This document shows, piece by piece, positions 29,211 to 37,156 of a DNA stretch of 39,535 bases. Position numbers and translations under genes: made by a program. This stretch comes from a bacterium. Its GTDB lineage: Bacteria; Zhuqueibacterota; Zhuqueibacteria; Oceanimicrobiales; Oceanimicrobiaceae. The notes under the pieces were generated by a model. That model had not been told where the DNA came from and ran no database searches. It saw nothing but the letters and a program-made list of their open reading frames with translations. Positions within the stretch are counted from its first letter, which is position 1. Every line of letters begins with the position of its first letter. The stretch is taken from the NCBI GenBank assembly GCA_046757525.1, contig JBHHYI010000016.1, forward strand, positions 1 through 39,535, given 5' to 3'.

Positions 29211-29978
29211 TTAAGCCTCCTCCGTTAGCCGAATGAATTCATCTTCCAAAGACCGGGTTTTCATTTGAGAAACGAAAGCCTCGTAGGTGCCCTGGTAACA
29301 GAGCGCGCCTTTGTGAATAATGGCCAGGTCGTCGCTCAGCAAACTGACTTCACCCATGATGTGGGTGGAAAAGATGACGGTCTTGCCGGCATCGCGCAAG
29401 TCGCGAATGAGCTGAATAATGTTCCGGGAGGTAATAACGTCCAGGCCAGCCGTGGGTTCGTCAAATACCAGGACTTCCGGATCGTGAATGATGGTGCGCG
29501 CGATGGAGACTTTCTGCCGCATGCCTGACGACAGCTTACCGATGCGGCGACTGGCAAACTCGTGCATTCCAAGGCGGGAGAAGATCTCTTCACGCCGCTT
29601 CTGGAACAGCCCACCGTCCATCCCCTCCAACTCTGCGTAATACTTTACCAGTTCATTGGGCGTCAATCGATCGTACAATCCGGTGGTGCCGGTCAGGAAT
29701 CCCAATCGGCTGCGCACCTTCTGAGGCTGCTTCACGGTATCGTAGCCTGCGACTTTAATCGAGCCCGCGGTTGGTTTCAGCATGGTAGCGATGAGCCGCA
29801 GCGTGGTGGTCTTGCCGGCGCCATTCGGGCCCAACAACGAAAAGATCCTGCCCGGCTGACAGGTAAAGCTGATGCCGGCAACAGCCTCAACCATCCCGTT
29901 GTGTGACGCGTTGCCCAACTCCTTCTTCTGACGGCGAGACACCTTGAACACTTTCTTTAAATCTTTCACCTTGATCAT
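29211..29978 (-). CDS. ABC exporter ATP-binding protein, NatA-like
   Basis: GPNGAGKTT, LSSGMRQK, VFDEPT, STH. Confidence 0.92.
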   Translation of the reverse strand: MIKVKDLKKVFKVSRRQKKELGNASHNGMVEAVAGISFTCQPGRIFSLLGPNGAGKTTTLRLIATMLKPTAGSIKVAGYDTVKQPQKVRSRLGFLTGTTGLYDRLTPNELVKYYAELEGMDGGLFQKRREEIFSRLGMHEFASRRIGKLSSGMRQKVSIARTIIHDPEVLVFDEPTAGLDVITSRNIIQLIRDLRDAGKTVIFSTHIMGEVSLLSDDLAIIHKGALCYQGTYEAFVSQMKTRSLEDEFIRLTEEA

Positions 29979-30115
29979 TTTAGATGTTTTTCCTCCTCTT
30001 TTGCAGTTCGTTTTCAAAACTGGGTTTTATTAAGGTTGTTGTAAAAATGTGCACCATGAGACTTACTTTTGATTCTTTTTACCCAATGGGGCTTGAATTA
30101 TGCAAGCTACGGAAA

Positions 30116-32095
30116 TCACTTTACCACAACGGGCTTTTTGGAAGATACTCGGCCCAACTGTTGGTCGAACCAGGCTAAGATTCGATTGACAATGTAGACG
30201 ATGGCTTCCGGACTCAGGCGCTCACCGTTTAGAACCGAATAAAGGACTTTTTCCGTTTTCGTACCTTGATTTTTTAGAGCCTTGACGAACTCCATTTCCC
30301 TGGAAGAAGCCTGTCCTGCGGCATAAATAATTTGCGTTGGAGTCTTTACACCTTTGGCCGAAAACTCAGCCACACTGAAGGCAACGCCGTGCTCTGTTTC
30401 ACTTACAAAATATTCCGGAACCACACCGGCCCCCCCTCGTAATCCCGCAGACTCCTCCACGACAAAAACGCTGGCGGCCTTAATTCGTTTTGATTTGGCC
30501 GCAATGAACGCGGTCAAATAACCATTGTTGCTCCAGCCCAGCACACAGAGGCTGTCGGCGTGCGCCACGTCGAGTCCAATGCACCGGTTCACACCGGTCA
30601 TCAGATCGTCGAAGTCCACGCTGCCCCAGCCTGCCTCGCTGGCAGCCCGGAAATCCTCTCCGTAACCCACACTGCCCCGCTGGTTGGGTCGCAGCACAGC
30701 GTACCCGGCCTGGGCAAAAGCTTGAATGGGAAAAATCGAACCTTGCCCGGTGAACGTTTGCGTGAACACACCGGCCGGCCCACCGTGAATCATCAGAATC
30801 AGCGGGTAGACTTTGTCGATTTCATGATCCACCGGGTAGGTAAGCAACCCCTCGATTTCCGTCCCATCTTTTGATTTCCATCTGATGACACGTGTTTGTC
30901 CCATTCTAAATTCGGCGAATCTTTGGTTTTCCCGGGTAACCTTCAACGGCAGAAATTTTCTCGTGCTTGAAATAAAAACATTTGGGGCTTCTTCCGGACT
31001 TTCGTGAACAAAGGCCAGGATTCTGCCATCCTTGTTAAGAGAAAAATTCCGGAAATCTCCCGGGCCAGAGGTAACCACTTGCACCGGTTTGCCGTTCAAA
31101 GGCGCAGCAAACAACCGGCGAGAAGTCCGGTCAACTTCGGCAAAGTAGATGGCTTTGCTGTTGCCCGACCAACCGAGCAGTTGCGGTCGCCCGTCGAAAG
31201 TTGGTGCCAAGCTCCTCGCCACGCCGCCCTTTGCCGGCACCACGTAAACGCTTCTGGCGCCACTGTTTGACGAATCGTCCGCACTCGAAGTAAAGGCCAG
31301 CCATTTGCCGTCGGGCGAATAAATCGGGCTTAGATCCGAACCCTCCCGGACGACCAGGGGTTGCGCGTCGCCCCCAGAAGGGGATACGGTGAAAATGTCT
31401 GGCAGAGAGCCGTCCTGGTCATGCTCGAAAGCAATGGTCTGGCTGTCCGGCGACCAGGCAAAAGCGCCTGCGTAAAAATCACCTGCGGTTAGCCGTCTAA
31501 TTTTGCGCCCGCCTTCCGGGTCTTCTTCAACCTGAATTGTGTACAGTTGCGCGTGGAACACCTCCCCACGCGTCGCAGCGATTTTCCCGCCGCCTCTCTC
31601 TTGAGCACCAGATTCAGACGCCAGATAGGCGATGCGTGTGGCGTCCGGCGACCAGGCATAATCGAGCACACCGAACTGGGCCTGGGTCAACTTTTCGGCT
31701 TCGCCGCCGGTTAAACGGGAAATCCAAATTTGTGTTTTTGCCGCGGCTCCCCTGTCTGTCAGGAAGGCTAAATATTTGCCGTCTGGAGAAAAAGCAGGTC
31801 GGGTGCACGATTCTTCACCGCGGGTGAACTGGTAGTTCATACGGCCATCGTAAGAGGTCAGCCAGACGTGAGTCAGGTACCGTGACTTTTCACCATATCG
31901 AATGGGCACTGAAACCGTATAAGCAATCAAGCGCCCGTCTGGCGACAACGCTGCCCCCCCAACTCTTTCGAAGCCAGCCATGACTTCAGTCGTCCACCTG
32001 CTGGACAGAAGCTGCGCGCTACCCCCTGCGGGCAAAACGGCTGTCAGGAAAGCCCAACACAAGACGACACAAACAGCTTCTCTTTGCAATTTCAA
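30116..32095 (-). CDS. S9-family peptidase-like protein (PD40 propeller plus alpha/beta hydrolase), degenerate active site
   Basis: Signal peptide, SPDG repeats, IHGGP, PNQRGS.GYG, GWSNNG; TTG start. Confidence 0.85.
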   Translation of the reverse strand: MKLQREAVCVVLCWAFLTAVLPAGGSAQLLSSRWTTEVMAGFERVGGAALSPDGRLIAYTVSVPIRYGEKSRYLTHVWLTSYDGRMNYQFTRGEESCTRPAFSPDGKYLAFLTDRGAAAKTQIWISRLTGGEAEKLTQAQFGVLDYAWSPDATRIAYLASESGAQERGGGKIAATRGEVFHAQLYTIQVEEDPEGGRKIRRLTAGDFYAGAFAWSPDSQTIAFEHDQDGSLPDIFTVSPSGGDAQPLVVREGSDLSPIYSPDGKWLAFTSSADDSSNSGARSVYVVPAKGGVARSLAPTFDGRPQLLGWSGNSKAIYFAEVDRTSRRLFAAPLNGKPVQVVTSGPGDFRNFSLNKDGRILAFVHESPEEAPNVFISSTRKFLPLKVTRENQRFAEFRMGQTRVIRWKSKDGTEIEGLLTYPVDHEIDKVYPLILMIHGGPAGVFTQTFTGQGSIFPIQAFAQAGYAVLRPNQRGSVGYGEDFRAASEAGWGSVDFDDLMTGVNRCIGLDVAHADSLCVLGWSNNGYLTAFIAAKSKRIKAASVFVVEESAGLRGGAGVVPEYFVSETEHGVAFSVAEFSAKGVKTPTQIIYAAGQASSREMEFVKALKNQGTKTEKVLYSVLNGERLSPEAIVYIVNRILAWFDQQLGRVSSKKPVVVK

Positions 32096-32260
32096 TCATC
32101 GATTATTTTGTTCTTCAGGGCTTTATCAGCCTGGGAATAATTTCATCCCCGCCTCGTGAGTATTTTTCTCAAACAGAAAATCTTTCACCTGACTAATTGT
32201 ACTTTTTTAGCCGACCAAATACCATGCAGCGAACGAATCCTTTGTGTTTAACCTATAACA

Positions 32261-32497
32261 CTACTTAAACCTTTTGCTTACATTGGTAATCGTTAGCCCC
32301 ACAATTTTCTTTCCCCTGAGACGCAAAAAAGTGCCGTCATCTAAAATATCCGTATCCGTCGCTCTTTGCGGCCGTTCCAAACTGATGTATAGAGCATCTG
32401 CTTCCTCATCAAAATCAAACCAAATATGTTTAGCGCCCACTTTCTTGATGTGTGGTAACGCTTCAAAGATTTCATTTATCACTGGTGCTGTTGCCAT
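32261..32497 (-). CDS. DUF2283-like antitoxin
   Basis: FDEEADALYI...G.IVGLTI motif. Confidence 0.8.
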   Translation of the reverse strand: MATAPVINEIFEALPHIKKVGAKHIWFDFDEEADALYISLERPQRATDTDILDDGTFLRLRGKKIVGLTITNVSKRFK

Positions 32498-32796
32498 AAT
32501 ATTCTCCTCTTTGAAAGCTTATTGATTTTTGTAGTAAAAAAAGCGGTGATAATAAAACCATCCTTTTTCTGTTGCGATTCCTTATAAATGACTAGCATTG
32601 CTTTTTTCGCAGAAATGAGTTTTACGGCCCATAACTCATCTTCATTACCTTGTAATATTCGTTCGGGCGTGGCAACAGTTTCCAAGACGTCAAAGTAGTA
32701 ACCGGCCATATCATCATGGTTTTCAACAATGTGTCTCCATCGTTCGTCTGTTAACCTGATGGGCACGTTATTAACGGAATAGGTAATGTCCGGCAT
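32479..32796 (-). CDS. Putative RelE/BECR-fold toxin
   Basis: IRLTDERW.HI...H, P..I..G, VIYKE...GFIITAF; overlaps the DUF2283-like gene. Confidence 0.7.
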   Translation of the reverse strand: MPDITYSVNNVPIRLTDERWRHIVENHDDMAGYYFDVLETVATPERILQGNEDELWAVKLISAKKAMLVIYKESQQKKDGFIITAFFTTKINKLSKRRILWQQHQ

Positions 32797-32817
32797 GACC
32801 TCCCAATCTTTCTCGTT

Positions 32818-33198
32818 TCAATAATCAGGCAAATCTGTTTCTTGGCATCCACCCCCTGCCGCTAAGAAGGCTGAGTATTCGTCGTTCGCAGAGAATGAAG
32901 AGCTTGTGCACGATTCTTCACCGCGGGTGAACTGGTAGTTCATACGGCCATCGTAAGAGGTCAGCCAGACGTGAGTCAGGTACCGTGACTTTTCACCATA
33001 TCGAATGGGCACTGAAACCGTATAAGCAATCAAGCGCCCGTCTGGCGACAACGCTGCCCCCCCAACTCTTTCGAAGCCAGCCATGACTTCAGTCGTCCAC
33101 CTGCTGGACAGAAGCTGCGCGCTACCCCCTGCGGGCAAAACGGCTGTCAGGAAAGCCCAACACAAGACGACACAAACAGCTTCTCTTTGCAATTTCAA
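32818..33198 (-). pseudogene. Truncated duplicate of the S9 peptidase 5' end
   Basis: Identical first ~98 codons, then a diverged homologous stretch and a stop. Confidence 0.85.
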
Positions 33199-33217
33199 TC
33201 ATCGATTATTTTGTTCT

Positions 33218-33481
33218 TCAGGGCTTTATCAGCCTGGGAATAAGATCATCCCAGCTTTGCGATTCCGGAAGCAATGGCTTAATCAATTTGAGAAACGTCT
33301 TTCGTTTTTGATTGGTTCTCAATGCCGCAATTTCGATAGCAGGAAGATATCTTTTCACGTCTTCAATAGGGTACGCGATCAGGTCGGGAAAAGAAGCATA
33401 TTCGAGAATCCGTCTCAGTTTATATTCTCCCGACATATTCAGTTCGCCGTCCCAGAAATATTTATTTAGGCTTTTTCGCAT
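33218..33481 (-). CDS. Small hypothetical protein (antitoxin-like FWD...RILEY motif)
   Basis: KYFWD and RRILEY resemble small partners of AbiEii-type nucleotidyltransferases; family uncertain. Confidence 0.55.
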   Translation of the reverse strand: MRKSLNKYFWDGELNMSGEYKLRRILEYASFPDLIAYPIEDVKRYLPAIEIAALRTNQKRKTFLKLIKPLLPESQSWDDLIPRLIKP

Positions 33482-33724
33482 AAGCCATCATCCTCTGGCG
33501 ACGCTTTCCGAATGTTTTTCTCAAACATAAACTCCCTCAAATTATTCTCGATTTACGTTTACCTACAATATTAGTCTCCGAAAAAGTACAAATATTAATC
33601 CAATAAATCAAACTAAAATGTCCCAAACAAATTGCTGACTTCAGAGGGTGAACCGAGGAATTTCCTTGACATTTTGTTAAAAATTATTTAAATGTGATTA
33701 AAGTTCTATGAGGCCACTAAAATC

Positions 33725-34204
33725 ATGGTTTACGTCAAAAAGAGTCGGGTAGTTTCTGGAGATCCGCGAAAGGTCTGGCAGCTCATCAATGAAGTCGAAC
33801 GTTATCCTGAGTGGATGCCGGGGGTAGTGGAAGCGCGGGTAGTGTCGAGGCCCAGAGGCAGGAAATCGGGCCTGGGGCGCCGACAGCTTCTGAAAACCGC
33901 CATGAAGTTGGGACAGGGGGAAATCCTCCAGGAAGTCGTCGCCTGGGAACCGCCGCATCGAATCACCTGGCAGCATCTAAAAGACATCGTAGACGGCAAG
34001 GAAATCGCTCAGGCCAAAGAAATCAAAACCACCCTCTCCATGACCTATGAGGACGGTAAAATGACCTTCCGCATGATCGGTTCCTGGGAACCCGCTGGCG
34101 CCTCGAGCGACGGCATGAAAAAAATGATGCAGAGAACCATGGCTAAAAACTTCGAAGAAGCCTTGCTGAACCTGGAAAAACTGATTCAGCAGGAGGCTTC
34201 TTAA
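33725..34204 (+). CDS. SRPBCC (START-like) family protein
   Basis: P.KVW.LI..VE.YPEWMPGV, E.V.WEPP.RI.W, L.NL.KL. Confidence 0.85.
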   Translation: MVYVKKSRVVSGDPRKVWQLINEVERYPEWMPGVVEARVVSRPRGRKSGLGRRQLLKTAMKLGQGEILQEVVAWEPPHRITWQHLKDIVDGKEIAQAKEIKTTLSMTYEDGKMTFRMIGSWEPAGASSDGMKKMMQRTMAKNFEEALLNLEKLIQQEAS

Positions 34205-34216
34205 GCCTTCTTCAGC

Positions 34217-34360
34217 ATGAGGAATAGTAAAGGCTTCCTCAGCGATCTCGACGGTGTCTTGTACATCGAGGGGAGCGTTGATTCCTGGCGCCGTCACAAC
34301 CATCGCTTTTCCACCGCCAAAGCAGTTCGCCTGTCGATTTCTCACCATAACAACGATTGA
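34217..34360 (+). pseudogene. HAD-IIA hydrolase remnant
   Basis: MRNSKGFLSDLDGVLYIEG, then a frameshift in a G-run continuing ALIPGAVTTI...CRFLT, then lost. Confidence 0.7.
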
Positions 34361-34383
34361 TCTGATCGCCTGCTTTGTCGAGC

Positions 34384-34439
34384 GTTACCAGTATACTGGT
34401 TAAAATTAGGTTGATTGTTACCAGTATGATGGTTATATT
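34384..34439 (+). promoter_or_regulatory. Sigma70-like promoter with tandem palindromic operators
   Basis: TTGATT(34411)-N17-TATATT(34434); GTTACCAGTATNNTGGTTA at 34384 and 34417. Confidence 0.65.
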
Positions 34440-34445
34440 TAGCCC

Positions 34446-35744
34446 ATGGACAAGAACACTCTCTTCGAAACCTTAGTTCGTTGGAATTATTGGGGCAAAA
34501 GGTCTTTACAGCGCTTGCAAGTGCGGCAACTCATGGACGACATGCTGCCCTTTGTGGAAGAGCCTTATCCGCTGGTACTCATAGGGATTCGAAGGAGTGG
34601 TAAATCCTCGCTGCTCACACTTCTCATGCAGCATCTTTTGGACAACGGAGTCGCCCCGAGGCAGCTCTTTCTGGTAAATTTTGAAGAACCCCTTTTCGGC
34701 GTTCATCTTTCTATTGATTTTTTTGAAGCTCTCATCGCCCTTTATCGGGAAAGGGTTAATCCGGAACAGAAAATCTATTTTTTTCTCGACGAAATTCAGA
34801 ATCTTCCAGAGTGGGAAAAATGGGTAAGAAGGGAAGCAGACCTGAAGGAACACAAAATCTTTCTCACAGGCTCCTCAGCAAAATTGCTGAGCAGTGAGAT
34901 AGCAACGCTATTGACCGGCCGTCACTACACATTCAAGGTGGCCCCGCTTTCCTTTGAAGAGTTTCTGAGCTGGCAAGGAATACCCTATGAAACCGAAGTT
35001 GAACAGGCTGAGAACAAAGCGGTCATTCGCAAATCGCTTTCAAACTATCTGCAATGGGGTGGCTTTCCCGAAGTGGTGTTGACCGACGACGACAAACGCG
35101 ACAAAATCCTGCACCAGTATTTTGATGACATTTTGTTTCGGGACGTCGTCTTGCGCTACCAAATCCGCGACGTGAGGTTGCTGCAAGGCATTGCCGAATA
35201 TTACATGAGCAATATGGCTGCCCTCCACTCCTTTAATCGACTTAAGGGCGTGTTTGGCACCTCCCTTGACAACGTTCGTCGCTACACGGCGTTCTTGGAG
35301 GACGCGCAGCTCATCTTTTCTCTCAATAAGTTTTCCTACAAGCTCAGTGAACGGCAAAAGGTAAGTCGCAAAGTTTATGTCGTGGATACGGGTCTACGAA
35401 ACGCAATCAGCTTCAGATTCTCCCAGGATTTGGGAAGACTGATTGAGAATGTGGTTGCCCAAAAACTGTTCAACCAAAGCCAGGAGCTGTACTATTTTGG
35501 CAATGGCAGTGAGTGTGACTTTGTCTCGAGGCAGCAAGCAAAGTTTCTGCCAATTCAGGTCTCATATAGCGACCTCTCTGACGAGAAGTTGAAGGCCCGG
35601 GAATTTCGAGGGTTGCTGGCTGCACTGAAGCATCTGAAGCAAAACCGGGGGTTGCTGCTCACGGACGATGTGGAGGACGTGCAGCACCTGGAGGGTTTGC
35701 ACATTCGTTTGCAACCAGTCTGGAAGTTTCTTTTAGAAAAATAA
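34446..35744 (+). CDS. AAA_14/DUF4143 ATP-binding protein
   Basis: GIRRSGKS, FLDEIQ, TGSS, LTGR, GGFPE, K.Y.VD.G, EN.V, ECDF...IQV. Confidence 0.92.
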   Translation: MDKNTLFETLVRWNYWGKRSLQRLQVRQLMDDMLPFVEEPYPLVLIGIRRSGKSSLLTLLMQHLLDNGVAPRQLFLVNFEEPLFGVHLSIDFFEALIALYRERVNPEQKIYFFLDEIQNLPEWEKWVRREADLKEHKIFLTGSSAKLLSSEIATLLTGRHYTFKVAPLSFEEFLSWQGIPYETEVEQAENKAVIRKSLSNYLQWGGFPEVVLTDDDKRDKILHQYFDDILFRDVVLRYQIRDVRLLQGIAEYYMSNMAALHSFNRLKGVFGTSLDNVRRYTAFLEDAQLIFSLNKFSYKLSERQKVSRKVYVVDTGLRNAISFRFSQDLGRLIENVVAQKLFNQSQELYYFGNGSECDFVSRQQAKFLPIQVSYSDLSDEKLKAREFRGLLAALKHLKQNRGLLLTDDVEDVQHLEGLHIRLQPVWKFLLEK

Positions 35745-35817
35745 CAGGTATTGCTGGGACACTTCCTGCCGCAAACTATGAATCGAATTGATCGTGGACA
35801 AACCATCCGCTGAAGCC

Positions 35818-36360
35818 ATGCGCTCAAGAGATTACTACATAGGCATCACCGGGCACCGGAATCTTGGGAAAGACGCAACCAGAAAATTCGTGGCAGAACA
35901 GATCAACAGCCTGCTCCAGGGAATTAAACAAGAACACGAAAACACCGTAGCCCTTTCAGCTCTGGCCGAAGGCGCGGACAGACTGTTTGCTGAAGTCGCC
36001 CTGCGGTTGGGTTTCAGACTTGAAGCCGTTCTACCGTTCGAAAAATATGAGCAAGACTTCGAGCCAAAAGCGTCTCTGCCTCGCTTCCGCCATCTCCTGA
36101 ACAAAGCGTCTAAAATTCACAAAATGGCCTATCTGAATCGTTCCAACGAAGCCTATTTCGCTGCGGGAAAATGGATTGTCGACCACTGCGATCTCCTGGT
36201 GGCTGTCTGGGATGGACGGCCGTCCGCGGGCAAAGGTGGGACCGCGGACGTGGTGCACTATGCCGTAAGCAAGGGACGGGCCGTGGTACACGTCGACATT
36301 ATTAATGAAGGGGTCCGACACATTCAAGCGCAAAAGGCAGGCAAACATGGACAAGTTTGA
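35818..36360 (+). CDS. SLOG-superfamily (YspA/DprA/LOG-like) nucleotide-binding protein
   Basis: IGITGHR, SALAEGAD, IVDHCDLLVAVWDG, GKGGTADVV.YA. Confidence 0.85.
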   Translation: MRSRDYYIGITGHRNLGKDATRKFVAEQINSLLQGIKQEHENTVALSALAEGADRLFAEVALRLGFRLEAVLPFEKYEQDFEPKASLPRFRHLLNKASKIHKMAYLNRSNEAYFAAGKWIVDHCDLLVAVWDGRPSAGKGGTADVVHYAVSKGRAVVHVDIINEGVRHIQAQKAGKHGQV

Positions 36361-36823
36361 AGAATACAAGCTGTTCGTTGAAGACACAGCACGCTTTTCT
36401 GAGCGGCGGCAGACCGTGAGCAACATCTATGTTGCGGTCAACGCCATTATCCTCAGCGCCATCGCTTTTCTGGCCAAAGATGCTGGACTCGTTCCATTGT
36501 GGCGCGCCTTTGTGATTGTGCTGGTGCTGGCCGCAGGCATCGTTATTTGCCTGCAATGGGATCGTCTAATCTACAAATACAAATTGCTGGTGGGCTTTCG
36601 CATCAATCAGCTTCGCAAGATCGAGGAGCATGAGGAGATGGCCAACTGCCACAAGATGTTTCACGCCGAGGATGCCCTTTACGCCCGCGACAGTGAGGGC
36701 CAGCCCATTCCCGGCGAAAGCCTCAACATCTCGGATCGCGAACGCTGGTTGCCTCGCGTCTTCATCATCGTGTACGCTCTTTTCTTCATAGGATTTGCAA
36801 GTGTTCTTCTATTTAGAACTTGA
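36347..36823 (+). CDS. Small multi-TM protein resembling RipA-type/SLATT-like pore-forming effectors
   Basis: YKLFVE.....SERRQ..SN followed by a TM hairpin, W...I..Y.....IE and a C-terminal TM; overlaps the SLOG gene by 14 bp. Confidence 0.65.
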   Translation: MDKFEEYKLFVEDTARFSERRQTVSNIYVAVNAIILSAIAFLAKDAGLVPLWRAFVIVLVLAAGIVICLQWDRLIYKYKLLVGFRINQLRKIEEHEEMANCHKMFHAEDALYARDSEGQPIPGESLNISDRERWLPRVFIIVYALFFIGFASVLLFRT

Positions 36824-36854
36824 CCGAAACCTGCACTTTTCTTCACCTAAGCCG

Positions 36855-36960
36855 TGTCACTTCGACCAGGCAACCGCAGGGCAGGAATCTATTTAAGTAA
36901 AAAAATAGCTGATCCGTGCGCAACCAGATTTCTCCGGCGCTGCGCGCCGTCGAAATGACA
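36855..36960. repeat. Palindromic element TGTCACTTCGAC...GTCGAAATGACA
   Basis: 12-bp terminal inverted repeats with one mismatch; similar TGTCATT...ATGACA ends at 3453-3480 and 11913-11984. Confidence 0.65.
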
Positions 36961-37070
36961 AAGCGTGACTCTTTTTAATGGCTATTCAAACCCTCATTCT
37001 TGAATGCGCTTTGCCAGAACGCAATTGTAGAATTTGGCGCCCGTTTGAAAGCACGCGTGTACGAAAAATA

Positions 37071-37099
37071 TTGACAGCCGCCGTTTTAAGTCTTATATT
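37071..37099 (+). promoter_or_regulatory. Sigma70-like promoter of the aldehyde dehydrogenase
   Basis: TTGACA-N17-TATATT. Confidence 0.65.
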
Positions 37100-37156
37100 A
37101 TTTCAACGCAGTCAACGACTTCCTTAAACTACCACAACTTAGCCAGGGACAAGGCC

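Larger units (their letters stand above)
31803..33243. repeat. 338-bp identical direct repeat (31803-32140 and 32906-33243)
   Basis: Offset 1103 bp; the two ORFs have identical N-termini up to EESCT. Confidence 0.93.

Noticed and set aside
31730..32905. Diversity-generating retroelement TR/VR pair in the S9 duplication
   Set aside because: Differences are not adenine-specific and no reverse transcriptase is present.
33666..33694. TTGACA promoter upstream of the SRPBCC gene
   Set aside because: The -35 is perfect, but the -10 at 16-18 bp spacing is poor, so it is not called.
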